64,000 nt of DNA from an uncultured Chlamydiae bacterium (lineage in GTDB: Bacteria; Chlamydiota; Chlamydiia; Chlamydiales; SM23-39). A model generated the notes under the pieces. That model saw only the letters and a list, made by a program, of their open reading frames with translations, searched no databases and was not told the DNA's origin. Within the stretch, counting starts at the first letter, position 1. The number at the start of each line of letters is the position of its first letter. Location: NCBI GenBank assembly GCA_963828125.1, contig CAWHDP010000002.1, positions 1,472,001-1,536,000 of the forward strand, written 5' to 3'. Of this stretch, positions 29,105-39,014 are shown piece after piece. The translations under genes were made by a program, and so were the position numbers.

Positions 29105-30904
29105 GTGATTCGAAAATTTTTGATTTTAATTGTATTTTACATTGGACCAGCTTATTCTAGTGTACTAGATATTCCCTCTGACCATTTTTCGGCTATATTA
29201 GATGATCAACAGTCTATCTATGGAAATTTTGATAAAATCATACCAATGCCAGATCAAGGCGGCTCATTGATTAACGATGTTTATCTTATCATAACTTCTA
29301 CGGGACAAGAATTAGTTCTTAAAGCAGAAAATCCCAATTGGAAAACACGGAAAACTCTGAACGAAGTGAGTGCTATTCGTTATATAGAAAAAAATACAAA
29401 AATACCAGTTCCTCATATAATAAAATACCATAATGAAATCACATCTTCTCCTCTGGGCGTTGAGTACATATTAATGAATCGTGTACAAGGAAAAGCTTTA
29501 AATTTAGTCATCGAAGAAATATATCCCGACAAAAAAATCTATTTAAAAATTCTCAATGATTTAGCAGACATTGTAGCTAGGCTACATTCGATCCAATTTG
29601 AATATATGGGAAATGTTGAGAATAAAGGTAACGGATTGGCCGTTGTTAGTCCAATTGAATTTCCGAAATCTGTAATCAGCAAACCTTGCCATAAATTTTC
29701 AGACTATGCATTTGCATGGCTTTTGTATTACACAAACGAAATGAAAAGATTCAAGATAGCCAATCACCCTAACCAACAATATTTCTCTCGACTTATTCCT
29801 CGCCTTGAGAACATACTCAAGACAAAAAAATTTTCTATTTTGGATGACCCAAGAGATATATTCGTCTATTGTCATCAAGATTTCGTTATGAAAAATATCT
29901 TAGTCGATAATAACTGTGTATCCGCTATCCTTGATTGGGAGTGGAGCGGGCCTACTCTTCCCGAATTTGAAATACAAACTGGTTTTGATTTTCTTCGTAC
30001 TGAAGAAGATAGAATTTTATTTGAAAAATTAATGGCTGAAAGGGGGTTCCTCAATTTTTTCCATCCTCCCCCTCCAAGACGTCAGCTCTTTTATGATCTT
30101 ATAGGCCATCTTTATACTCTTATCTCCTGTTATGAGTGGATAGAAGGCAAGCTGGCTCATTCTGCAAAGTTTTTAGCACAAAAACTAGAGCAGCGAATGG
30201 TGAAAAAAGACAAGCATTTTAATATGGAAAAGTTTGTAAATGACAAAACCGAAATGGCAGAACAAATATTATGGAATTTCGAATTTTCACAAGAAAGCTA
30301 TGAAGATATTTTAGATACGTCTCTAACACCTAGGACTCACATGAAACCTATTGCATTTTTTGGACTGAGCGGTGTTGGAAAAACTACGTTGGCACATGGA
30401 TTAGTTGATTTAGCCCCTGATCAATTTTCGCTCATTCCCATTACCACATCAAGATTACCACGCGATGACGATGACCTTCGTTACATGGAGTTTCTCTCTC
30501 AAGTTGATTTTATTTCTAATCGAGACAAAGGGTGTTTTGCTATGTCATGGCAGCAAGACGGGAACTATTATGGATACAGACGTAAATACCTTGAAAACAC
30601 GCAAAAAACTCCTATTGTGACTTGCTCACTGTCTGCTATTCAAATACTTAAAGAATATGGAGCTATGACTGTGCTTATCAAAGGAGATGGTGTTAAAGGC
30701 CTAGAAGCCAGAGGATCTGATGAAGTTACAAAAAATAGAATTCTTCTCAACATAAAGAATACTGAGAAATATTTAAATCAGCCATGGTTTAAAGAAAATA
30801 TTGATATTGAACATGACCAAATTTGGGGGGATATACCTCGCTCCATCCAGAATCTATATGATTCAATTAGAGGAAGCTATACTGCGGCCACCCCAAAAGT
30901 GTGA
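29105..30904 (+). CDS. APH/choline-kinase-like phosphotransferase fused to a guanylate-kinase-like P-loop domain
   Basis: HQDFVMKNIL...ILDWE kinase motifs; GLSGVGKTT, TTSRLPR and YYG guanylate-kinase motifs; signal-like N-terminus. Confidence 0.75.
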   Translation: MIRKFLILIVFYIGPAYSSVLDIPSDHFSAILDDQQSIYGNFDKIIPMPDQGGSLINDVYLIITSTGQELVLKAENPNWKTRKTLNEVSAIRYIEKNTKIPVPHIIKYHNEITSSPLGVEYILMNRVQGKALNLVIEEIYPDKKIYLKILNDLADIVARLHSIQFEYMGNVENKGNGLAVVSPIEFPKSVISKPCHKFSDYAFAWLLYYTNEMKRFKIANHPNQQYFSRLIPRLENILKTKKFSILDDPRDIFVYCHQDFVMKNILVDNNCVSAILDWEWSGPTLPEFEIQTGFDFLRTEEDRILFEKLMAERGFLNFFHPPPPRRQLFYDLIGHLYTLISCYEWIEGKLAHSAKFLAQKLEQRMVKKDKHFNMEKFVNDKTEMAEQILWNFEFSQESYEDILDTSLTPRTHMKPIAFFGLSGVGKTTLAHGLVDLAPDQFSLIPITTSRLPRDDDDLRYMEFLSQVDFISNRDKGCFAMSWQQDGNYYGYRRKYLENTQKTPIVTCSLSAIQILKEYGAMTVLIKGDGVKGLEARGSDEVTKNRILLNIKNTEKYLNQPWFKENIDIEHDQIWGDIPRSIQNLYDSIRGSYTAATPKV

Positions 30905-30959
30905 ATTTGGGCAAGCGTGAAAGCGCCAAAAATCACACTTTTGGGGTGGCCGCAGTATA
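30878..30959. repeat. Palindromic MITE copy 1 (internally deleted)
   Basis: TATACTGCGGCCACCCCAAAAGTGTGA...TCACACTTTTGGGGTGGCCGCAGTATA. Confidence 0.85.
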
Positions 30960-31109
30960 GTTATGTTGAGAATCCGGTCACGGTCTCGAAAAATGTACAA
31001 AGTCGAGTTAATAAAATCTCATCTCTTCCAGGAGTACTCTATATGGGCTTACAAACCATATCCGTTTTGAAAAGCGTTATGTTTGTTTTTTTCCTGGCAC
31101 TTCCCAGCT

Positions 31110-31204
31110 ACATTATCACACCTAAATTTTTTGGAGCACTTCTCCTATGAAAGCCCTTTCGCTCTTAGTTCTATGAATTTTTGTTTTTCTTCAGCAGTCT
31201 TCAT
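31110..31204 (-). pseudogene. Decayed phage-type HTH gene fragment
   Basis: MKTAEEKQKFIELRAKGLS*EKCSK: HTH start with a premature stop. Confidence 0.4.
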
Positions 31205-31287
31205 AGAAAGTATTATCCCATTTCGTGGGGTCATCTCACAAGTAGCGCTGAAAATTTATTGGGTGAGCACTATAAGTTTTTAATGAC

Positions 31288-32637
31288 TTACGAAGAATAT
31301 TTGGTCGAGATATAGGAAGCATTTGGATCGCTTTCTGAGGTTCCAATACGCACAATGACCCCTTCTTCTTGCAGCTGTTTAAGTCGAACCCTGGTTGTTC
31401 TTGCAGATACTTTCCATAGCTTCATCGCTGATTTTGCACTAACAGTGTTCCCTTTCTTCAAATATTCCAGGAGTTTTTTCCCCCAAGGCCGTACAGCTAT
31501 TTCCCTGATTTGTTCCGAATAAAGGGTCAGTCTAAATTGGTTGTTTAGTTCTTCAATAAGAGGCGATTTAAGCCCTTGCGCTTTACAAGTCTCCATGATT
31601 CGGCGCAGGCCAGATCCCCACTGTTCTGTGAGATGTAGTTCTCGAAAAACGCGAGCAATGACACGATTCCTGATTCTCGAGGAGCCAGAAAGAGCCTTTT
31701 CGATTGTTTGCCCAAATGGAAGCCCTCCAGGATTTGTGAACTCGATGCGATCACTAAAAATGGCAACCTGAATATGACACCCAGTCATCGCATAGTCCGT
31801 GTGAAGAAGAGCATTCATTACAGCTTCACGGATTGCCACAGCAGGATACTGAGGAATATCTTCGCGTTGCATACGCCCGATCCGACCTTCTTTTGAGATG
31901 TTTCGTTCAATAAAGGCGATGATTTTATCAGCCGCTAAGGGTAAAGGTGCGTCGATATCGGTTTGATCTAGGATTTTTTCTCTGGTCATTCCAGCGAACA
32001 GGGCGCATCGAATTTGTGAATCGGGGAAAAGTTGCATGCGGTTTATGCCAAATAAGAGAATGCCTCCATTACTCGGATATTTTTTACCGCTTCGAGATGT
32101 CTCTACCCCTAAATTTTCAAGCGCTTGCGCTGTTGGCCGTTTCCCAACCCACTCAAAAACATTCTTCATGATTTCCATATCAAGCTGTCCTTGTGGATGA
32201 GGAAGCTCATCATAAGAAACTTTCTTGGCCAAAAGACGCAGAGAATCGAGCATCTCAACATCAACCGCGCGATTTGTAGACCCGAATCGCACGTAGACAC
32301 CTCGTTCAGGTCCTTCAGCTTTCAAATAATAAGGGCCTACGCTATGCGCTACTCGAATAACCAATAATTCTTTTCCGCGAATAGACTGGACCTCTATATC
32401 AGGCGTCAGAAGGGGAAGGATGCTGTCGGTAATTGCATTAGCCAGCCGCTCTTCTTCAGAGAGGATATTCGGTAGGCCTACAATTTCTTTGGTCTTATCC
32501 TTTATTCCAACGATAATCGTACCTCCAGCACTATTCGCAAAGGCAACAACCGTCTTCATAATTCCCCCTAAAGAACGGGTCGTCTCCTTGAACTCAATAG
32601 TTTTGCCTTCGTTTTCGGCTAGTAGTTGCTCAATCAT
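31288..32637 (-). CDS. Second Schlafen/AlbA_2 + HATPase_c_4 + wHTH protein
   Basis: EGKTIEFKE, AFANSAGGTIIVGIKD, REAVMNALLH, NPG, EQWGSG. Confidence 0.87.
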   Translation of the reverse strand: MIEQLLAENEGKTIEFKETTRSLGGIMKTVVAFANSAGGTIIVGIKDKTKEIVGLPNILSEEERLANAITDSILPLLTPDIEVQSIRGKELLVIRVAHSVGPYYLKAEGPERGVYVRFGSTNRAVDVEMLDSLRLLAKKVSYDELPHPQGQLDMEIMKNVFEWVGKRPTAQALENLGVETSRSGKKYPSNGGILLFGINRMQLFPDSQIRCALFAGMTREKILDQTDIDAPLPLAADKIIAFIERNISKEGRIGRMQREDIPQYPAVAIREAVMNALLHTDYAMTGCHIQVAIFSDRIEFTNPGGLPFGQTIEKALSGSSRIRNRVIARVFRELHLTEQWGSGLRRIMETCKAQGLKSPLIEELNNQFRLTLYSEQIREIAVRPWGKKLLEYLKKGNTVSAKSAMKLWKVSARTTRVRLKQLQEEGVIVRIGTSESDPNASYISTKYSS

Positions 32638-33146
32638 ATGGGATTTATGGTACCACAGCTATGCATTTTACTGTGCAGCGCTATGCATAAAAAAACTGCA
32701 CAGCTTCCGCAAGCAGCTAACAACAAGCATGTTATGAGAAATGAATAACCTTGGGGTATTTCTAACCCAGCCGCGGCAAACAAAATAAGAGGAATATGAT
32801 GCCACATCAAGATTTTAGTGGCTAGTCAAAGACAGGTGGCATTCGACGTAATCGCAGCTATTTGACCTTCCAGCACTTCTCAACAACAGCGCTCTTCCGA
32901 GACGGATCGCTTGAAAGCGGGCTCAACTCGAACTTGGTTGCTGTGAGCGGTGGGGCTGGTCAGTTTGCCATTTTTATCCGTGGGCATTGCTGGGTTCATG
33001 AAGAACGGTATTATCAAAAAATTATTGCATCTCAAGCAGCTTCCAAGACTTTTTGAGAGATTACTTTTAGTGGATTTTCAGTAAAGTTTGCGTTATATTC
33101 ACAACCTTGTTACCATGCTCGCATAATTTTTGTTTTGAGGTTAATC

Positions 33147-34469
33147 ATGAGTGCAATAGGTAGGGTTCCTCCTTTTGAGTTTCAATTCCTAACATTGGGT
33201 GATCCCGCTGTCAGCCCAACACTTCGATCTTGGGCCGATAAAAAAAAGGGAGATCCAGAGTACAACTTTCGACTAGAGGCGGCTGAAAAAATCGGAGAAT
33301 GCTATGCTGACAAGTCTGTATTATTAGATCTTAGCAGATTAAACCTCACCGCGCTCCCGCCTGAAATAGGGGAGCTCCAAAATTTAACAGAGCTCAAATT
33401 GTGGAAAAACAAGCTCACCGCGCTCCCGCCTGAAATAGGGAAGCTCCGAAATCTAACAACTCTCGACCTCGAAGGAAACCAGCTCACCGCGCTCCCGCCT
33501 GAAATAGGGGAGCTCCAAAATTTAACAGAGCTCCAGCTGTCTCTAAACAAGTTCGCCACGTTCCCCCCTGAAATAGGGAAGTTGCGAAATCTACAAAATC
33601 TTCGCCTGAACTCGAACCAGCTCACCGTGCTCCCGCGTGAAATAGAGGAGCTCCGAAATCTAACAAATCTCGACCTGTGGGGAAATGAGCTCACCGTGCT
33701 CCCCCGTGAAATAGGGAAACTCCGCAATCTACAAAATCTTCTCCTGAACGCGAACCGGCTCACCGTGCTCCCGTCTGAAATAGAGGAGCTCCGAAATCTA
33801 ACAACTCTCCACCTCGCAGGAAACCAGCTCACCGCGCTCCCGCCTGAAATAGGGAAACTCCAAAATTTAACAGAGCTCACCCTGTTTCAAAACCAGCTCA
33901 CCGTGCTCCCCCGTGAAATAGGGGGACTCCGAAATCTAACAAATCTCCTCCTGCAAGAAAACCGCCTCACCGCACTCCCGTCTGAAATAGGGGAGCTCCG
34001 AAATCTAACAACTCTCCACCTCGAAGAAAACCAGCTCACCGCGCTCCCGCCTGAAATAGGGAAGCTCCAAAATTTAATGAGGCTCTTCCTGCAAGGAAAC
34101 CAACTCACCATGCTCCCGTCTGAAATAGGGGGACTCCGAAATCTAGGAGAGCTCGATCTGCAAGGAAACCAACTCACCATGCTCCCGTCTGAAATAGGGG
34201 GACTCCGAAATCTAGGAGAGCTCGATCTGCAAAGAAACCAACTCACCGTGCTCCCGTCTGAAATAGGGGGACTCCGAAATCTAAGAGAGCTCTTCCTGCA
34301 AGGAAACCAACTCACCGTGCTCCCGTCTGAAATAGGGGAGCTCCGAACAAAGTTATATCTGAAAGGAAACCCGGAGCTCCTCCTGTTGATTAAAAAGTGT
34401 CTCTCACTGGTAGATGGCTTTCAGGATATACGACAAGTGGTCAACGCCTTCGAATCCCAGAAGGACTGA
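33147..34469 (+). CDS. Leucine-rich-repeat protein (candidate secreted effector)
   Basis: About 15 tandem 23-aa LRRs (NQLTALPPEIGKLxNLTxLxL) encoded by 69-bp repeats. Confidence 0.92.
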   Translation: MSAIGRVPPFEFQFLTLGDPAVSPTLRSWADKKKGDPEYNFRLEAAEKIGECYADKSVLLDLSRLNLTALPPEIGELQNLTELKLWKNKLTALPPEIGKLRNLTTLDLEGNQLTALPPEIGELQNLTELQLSLNKFATFPPEIGKLRNLQNLRLNSNQLTVLPREIEELRNLTNLDLWGNELTVLPREIGKLRNLQNLLLNANRLTVLPSEIEELRNLTTLHLAGNQLTALPPEIGKLQNLTELTLFQNQLTVLPREIGGLRNLTNLLLQENRLTALPSEIGELRNLTTLHLEENQLTALPPEIGKLQNLMRLFLQGNQLTMLPSEIGGLRNLGELDLQGNQLTMLPSEIGGLRNLGELDLQRNQLTVLPSEIGGLRNLRELFLQGNQLTVLPSEIGELRTKLYLKGNPELLLLIKKCLSLVDGFQDIRQVVNAFESQKD

Positions 34470-34541
34470 AAATTCCAAGTCAGCAGCGTCTTTAGTTCCC
34501 GCGCATAGTCAGTTGGGAACTTCTCAATTTAAGGAAGCAGT

Positions 34542-34610
34542 ATGCAACTTTTTGAATGTCTCAAAAGCATCCCCGACCCACGTAAAAAGCGCGGGATTCG
34601 TCCGGTGGCG
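34542..34610 (+). pseudogene. ISAs1-family transposase N-terminal remnant
   Basis: MQLFECLKSIPDPRKKRGIR resembles the ISAs1 IPDPR..RG.RH start. Confidence 0.55.
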
Positions 34611-34702
34611 GCCTTGGCTACAGCTTCTAAGAAAATTGAAATTCTTGCACATCAATTTGGGGGTTTGTTATACCGAAAATGACCCAAGAAAGGGGGGGAT
34701 CT

Positions 34703-37000
34703 ATGAGTCTTGTAAGATGGGTCGCGTTGAGCGGGGCCTTCGCAGCTATGATCACAGGTGGAACCGTCATCGCCTCAAATAAAGGCGTGGTGCTGCTGGG
34801 CGGAGAAAACAATACGAATCGAAGCGGCCCTCCCATCGCTTACCTCTTCTCGGCGAATGGGCAGGCGTCCCTTTTGCCTCCTGCCGCTTTTCCCGATGGC
34901 GGATATATATATAGCGTTGCGATTACTGATAGTGGGGCTGGCCTCATCGGAGGGATGAATTTCGGCGGCGTCCAGCCTCCCATCGCCTATCTCCTCTCTC
35001 CGAGTGGAACTATAACATCGCTTTTAGATGCATCGGCGTTCCCAAACGGCGGATTCATCTATAGCGTGGCTATGGCGCAAACGGGCGAAGGGATCATCGG
35101 CGGACAGAATAGCGCCGGCCCCCCAATCGCCTCTTTCGTCTCCTCAAATGGAACGTTGACTCCCATCGTATTGGAGGGAGATTCTATGTATTCCTCATCT
35201 GCATTGATGAATAACGTTGCTATCGCGAGCAGCGGCATTGGAATCCTTGGAGGACAGAGCGACGTCTCTCCGACTCCTCCGCTCTCTTATTCAGTGGCTT
35301 CCGATGCGGTTGCATCGTTTTTGGGACCCCCTGAACCCGATTTCCCGAGCGGTGCAGGGATCCTCAGCGTCTCCATTGCCGAGAATGGCGCTGCCCTGCT
35401 AGGGGGAATTAATTATGGCAGCGGCCCTCCAATATTGTATCGGCTCTATCCAGATGGAACTTTTACCAATCTTTCCACTGCAACCGGCCTCCCTGCGTCA
35501 GGATATATTAACAGCGTTTCAATTGCAGAAAATGGGATGGGTCTCATCGGAGGAACGGGGCCTACTTACCCGATCGCCTGCTTTGTCGCGCCAGATGGAG
35601 CGCTCACCGTTCTTGGAAGTGGAATCTTTCCTGCCGGAAGCATTTACAGTGTTGCCATCAACAATAGCTGTGCGGGAATCATCGGCGGACAGAGTGGCGC
35701 CGGGGAACAACCCCCGATCGCCTATCTCGTAGCTCCAAACGGCGCTCTTACAACTCTTGGCGATGGGGTTTTCCCTCCCAGTGGGGTCATCAATAGCGTA
35801 GCAATCAGTGAAAGTGGGGTCGGATTGATCGGAGGACAGAACAATCCCAATGGGAGCGGCTCTGCCATTGCTTATCTGGTGGCTCCGAACGGAACCCTCA
35901 CATCTCTGAGCTCTAATGGCGCCTTTTCCAGCAGCTCAACGGTCTCTAGCGTCGCCCTCTCCGATGCCATCGCCCCCCAATCCTTCGGCCCCTACAGCAG
36001 CCTGGCCAACGCCCTTTTCGCCCTCACCCATACCCTCGAAGATCATTACACAGGACGGAAAACTTTCTTCAAAAACACAAATGGCGCGCAAATCGCCGAC
36101 CTCGATTTGCTCGCAGGCCGCCGGCTGATTCCCCCGAAAAAGTCACCTCCCCCAAAACCCTGCCCCATCTGGAGCGTTTGGGGAGGCCCTTTTGGCGCCT
36201 TGATTTACCAAGACGCAAAGAAGGCCATACCAGCCTTCAGCGATGAAATAGCGGGTGTAATTGCGGCTGCCGAGTACAATGGGATCAAAAACGTCGCAAT
36301 CGGCGGCGGTCTCGCCTACGCTTTCACGTTCGTCAATTACAAAGAGAGCGTCGGCCACGCCTCGATCAACCAAGAATATGCCCTCATCTACGCCAATTTC
36401 AATCGCCCCTATTTCTTTTTCAATGCGGCTCTCTGGGGCGGCCTCTATCAACTCAGCAATAAGCGGCATACCCTCGGCTTCATCACCTCCACTTCAAACC
36501 CTAAGGGTTGGCTCTTATCGCCCCACGTAGAGTTGAGTACGCCTTTTCTTGTCAAAGGAGACTGGTTTGGCGTCGATCCATTTGCCATGGTCGATTGGGC
36601 CAATAGCTGGCAAGATTCGTTCCGCGAAAAAGGGAGATCGGGACTCAACATCTCCCTCAATAGCCAATACTCCTCCCTCCTCCGCAGCGAAATAGGCGTC
36701 CGCTTCTATGAAACCCTCAAATATGGCTGGGGTTGTCTCAAAATCGAGGAAAAAGCAAGCTACGTCAATAAAGCGCCTTTCCACACAGATCCAGGAACAG
36801 CCGCTTTCATAGGCGCCTTTTCTTCATTTGGCGTTGAGACCTTTAGTAGCTCCGTCCAAAATTTGGGTTTAGCGCAAATCGCATTCCACTTCACCCCTTC
36901 CCATCCGAAGTATCCCTATGGCTCAATCGACTATCAGGGCGAGTTCGGCTCTTCCTTTCAATCGCACCTTCTCGTGTTAGAGCTCGGACAATCTTTTTAA
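34703..37000 (+). CDS. Autotransporter with an eight-repeat passenger domain
   Basis: Signal peptide, eight ~49-aa repeats, C-terminal ~280-aa beta-barrel ending in F. Confidence 0.82.
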   Translation: MSLVRWVALSGAFAAMITGGTVIASNKGVVLLGGENNTNRSGPPIAYLFSANGQASLLPPAAFPDGGYIYSVAITDSGAGLIGGMNFGGVQPPIAYLLSPSGTITSLLDASAFPNGGFIYSVAMAQTGEGIIGGQNSAGPPIASFVSSNGTLTPIVLEGDSMYSSSALMNNVAIASSGIGILGGQSDVSPTPPLSYSVASDAVASFLGPPEPDFPSGAGILSVSIAENGAALLGGINYGSGPPILYRLYPDGTFTNLSTATGLPASGYINSVSIAENGMGLIGGTGPTYPIACFVAPDGALTVLGSGIFPAGSIYSVAINNSCAGIIGGQSGAGEQPPIAYLVAPNGALTTLGDGVFPPSGVINSVAISESGVGLIGGQNNPNGSGSAIAYLVAPNGTLTSLSSNGAFSSSSTVSSVALSDAIAPQSFGPYSSLANALFALTHTLEDHYTGRKTFFKNTNGAQIADLDLLAGRRLIPPKKSPPPKPCPIWSVWGGPFGALIYQDAKKAIPAFSDEIAGVIAAAEYNGIKNVAIGGGLAYAFTFVNYKESVGHASINQEYALIYANFNRPYFFFNAALWGGLYQLSNKRHTLGFITSTSNPKGWLLSPHVELSTPFLVKGDWFGVDPFAMVDWANSWQDSFREKGRSGLNISLNSQYSSLLRSEIGVRFYETLKYGWGCLKIEEKASYVNKAPFHTDPGTAAFIGAFSSFGVETFSSSVQNLGLAQIAFHFTPSHPKYPYGSIDYQGEFGSSFQSHLLVLELGQSF

Positions 37001-37013
37001 CTCGAATTTTAAA

Positions 37014-37061
37014 TATACTGCGGCCACCCCAAAAATGTGAATTTGGGGTGGCCGCAGTGTA
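37014..37061. repeat. Palindromic MITE copy 2 (terminal IRs only)
   Basis: TATACTGCGGCCACCCCAAA...TTTGGGGTGGCCGCAGTGTA. Confidence 0.85.
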
Positions 37062-37115
37062 GCCAAAGCCAAAAAGAGGCAAAAAAAAAGCCCGCCTGTT
37101 ACACTTGGCGCCTGT

Positions 37116-37586
37116 ATGGATGGAAAACCGAAAGAAGGTTCAGTGGAGTCGCTCGTCGATGCTTTGCGTCTCCTCCTGATGGGAAGGAAAGCCAGCACTC
37201 AAGAGGCGATCTGTTCCGCCTTGGAAAAATTGGGATACGAAATCAACCAAACTAAGGTCTCTAGATTGCTCCGCAAGATCGGCGCGATCAAGATCGAAAA
37301 CGAACACGGGCAAACAGTCTATTCGCTCCCTCGCGAACCCGCTCCCCCCTCAATGAATACTCAAATTAGAGATTTGATCGTCAATATAGTGGCCAATGAG
37401 GCTTTAGTCGTTATTTTCACAAGCCCCGGATCTGCCTCAATGGTCGCGCGGGTTCTCGATTACAACCAGATCACCACCGAAATTCTCGGAACCATTGCTG
37501 GAGACGACACGATCTTTGTCGCCCCCAAAACAATCAAAGATATCCGAAAATTAACGGAAGAAATCAAGGGCTTACTCCAAAAATAG
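37116..37586 (+). CDS. argR: Arginine repressor
   Basis: TQEAI, NQTKVSR, TSPGSA, GTIAGDDT. Confidence 0.95.
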   Translation: MDGKPKEGSVESLVDALRLLLMGRKASTQEAICSALEKLGYEINQTKVSRLLRKIGAIKIENEHGQTVYSLPREPAPPSMNTQIRDLIVNIVANEALVVIFTSPGSASMVARVLDYNQITTEILGTIAGDDTIFVAPKTIKDIRKLTEEIKGLLQK

Positions 37587-39014
37587 CGTTTCCTCAACTG
37601 TAGACAGCAGCTTCTCCTTCTCTATCAGCCAAGCAGCGACTTTTTCAGCTTTGATCGCATGCAAAGCAAACTGCCTATTGACCTGATTAGACGAGGTGCC
37701 CCCTTGGCTATCCCTTGTATTGACAATCCTTCTCAAATCGAGCATGGCCGCCACATCTTCAGCAAAAAGGGGAGAAAAATCTTGCAGTTCTCGCAAAGAG
37801 AGTTCTTCCAGTTTCCGATCGCTATCCAAACAATATCGGACAACCTTCCCCACAATCGCGTGCGCCTCCCTAAATGGAACGCCTTTCAAAGAGAGATAAT
37901 CGGCAAGTTCAGTAGCATTTAAAAGCCCCTCCTGAGTGGCCTGGAGCATTTTATCCGGCCGGACATGAAGGGTTTCTATCACTCCCCGGTAAATGCAGAG
38001 CGATGATTCAAGAGTCTTTACAGTATCAAAAAGGGGCTCTTTGTCTTCTTGCATATCTTTATTGTAGGCAAGAGGAAGCCCCTTCAGCAGGGTCAAAGTG
38101 GAGAATAGAGAACCATACACTCTTCCTGTCTTCCCTCTGACAAGTTCGGGTACGTCGGGATTTTTCTTCTGCGGCATAATACTGCTCCCAGTACAATAAG
38201 CGTCGTCCAGTTCGATAAAAGCAAACTCTTGACTGCACCAGAGGATCATCTCTTCGCTCAGGCGAGAAAGATGAGCCATGATCAGCGCCCCATGCGCTAG
38301 AAACTCGACGCAAAAATCGCGGTCGCTCACTGCATCGATACTATTTTCATAAAGAGAGTCAAATTTGAGAAGATCGGCCACCAGCCCTCGATCGATCGGC
38401 AGCCCTGTCCCCGCCAACGCACAAGCTCCAAGGGGCAGTTGATTGATGCGAGGCCAGCTCCCGATCAAACGATCCATATCCCGCCCCAAGCTCGCCGCAT
38501 AAGCCAATAGATGGTGGGCAAAAAGGATCGGTTGGGCCCGCTGAAGATGGGTGTATCCAGGCATCATCACATCGATGTTCTCCTTGGCTTTTTGCACCAG
38601 CGCTTCGGATAAGCCTTGCAAGAGAGAGACGACCCTTACGACTTTAGCCCTTAAATAAAGATGGAGATCCAATGCGACCTGATCGTTCCGGCTTCTCGCC
38701 GTATGCACTTTCCCAGCCAAAGGGCCGATGAGCGCCTTCAGCTCCTGCTCTATCTTCATATGGATATCTTCATCTGCCGCTGCAAAGGAGACGGCCCCTT
38801 GAGAAAGACGGTCTCTGATTTCGATGAGCCCTTTTTTGATTTTTTGGGCCTCTTCAAGGGTCAAAATCCCAACAGCTCCCAGCATTTGCACATGGGCCAC
38901 CCCCCCCAGAATGTCCAGACTGGCCAGTTCGCAATCAAAAAAGATCGAAGCGGTAAACGCCTCGACCTGAGACTGTGTCGCTTTCGTGAATCTTCCGTCC
39001 CAGGCTTTAGCCAT
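37572..39014 (-). CDS. argH: Argininosuccinate lyase
   Basis: HTARSRNDQ, GSSIMPQKKNP, YNKDMQEDK. Confidence 0.97.
   Translation of the reverse strand: MAKAWDGRFTKATQSQVEAFTASIFFDCELASLDILGGVAHVQMLGAVGILTLEEAQKIKKGLIEIRDRLSQGAVSFAAADEDIHMKIEQELKALIGPLAGKVHTARSRNDQVALDLHLYLRAKVVRVVSLLQGLSEALVQKAKENIDVMMPGYTHLQRAQPILFAHHLLAYAASLGRDMDRLIGSWPRINQLPLGACALAGTGLPIDRGLVADLLKFDSLYENSIDAVSDRDFCVEFLAHGALIMAHLSRLSEEMILWCSQEFAFIELDDAYCTGSSIMPQKKNPDVPELVRGKTGRVYGSLFSTLTLLKGLPLAYNKDMQEDKEPLFDTVKTLESSLCIYRGVIETLHVRPDKMLQATQEGLLNATELADYLSLKGVPFREAHAIVGKVVRYCLDSDRKLEELSLRELQDFSPLFAEDVAAMLDLRRIVNTRDSQGGTSSNQVNRQFALHAIKAEKVAAWLIEKEKLLSTVEETLFLE

Larger units (their letters stand above)
14187..32760. mobile_element. 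Degraded genomic (defence) island next to tRNA-Pro
   Basis: Starts at the tRNA 3' end with arm-type repeats; carries R-M genes, nucleases, phage-like and IS remnants; right boundary approximate, no integrase or attR seen. Confidence 0.6.

Noticed and set aside
30917..31283. Short plus-strand ORFs of 77 and 66 aa
   Set aside because: One starts inside the MITE and both overlap a decayed minus-strand fragment
27916..32751. 16-bp exact repeat GAGAAATGAATAACCT at 27916 and 32736
   Set aside because: One such match is plausible by chance in 64 kb of AT-rich DNA; no flanking similarity
32862..33056. 64-aa ORF or possible gene remnant
   Set aside because: No recognisable motif or RBS on either strand
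14160..33100. attR duplicate of the tRNA-Pro 3' end and an integrase gene
   Set aside because: Looked for by eye and not found, so the island's right boundary stays approximate
33302..34315. Repetitive minus-strand ORFs and 69-bp repeats as a possible CRISPR array
   Set aside because: They are contiguous coding LRR units without unique spacers
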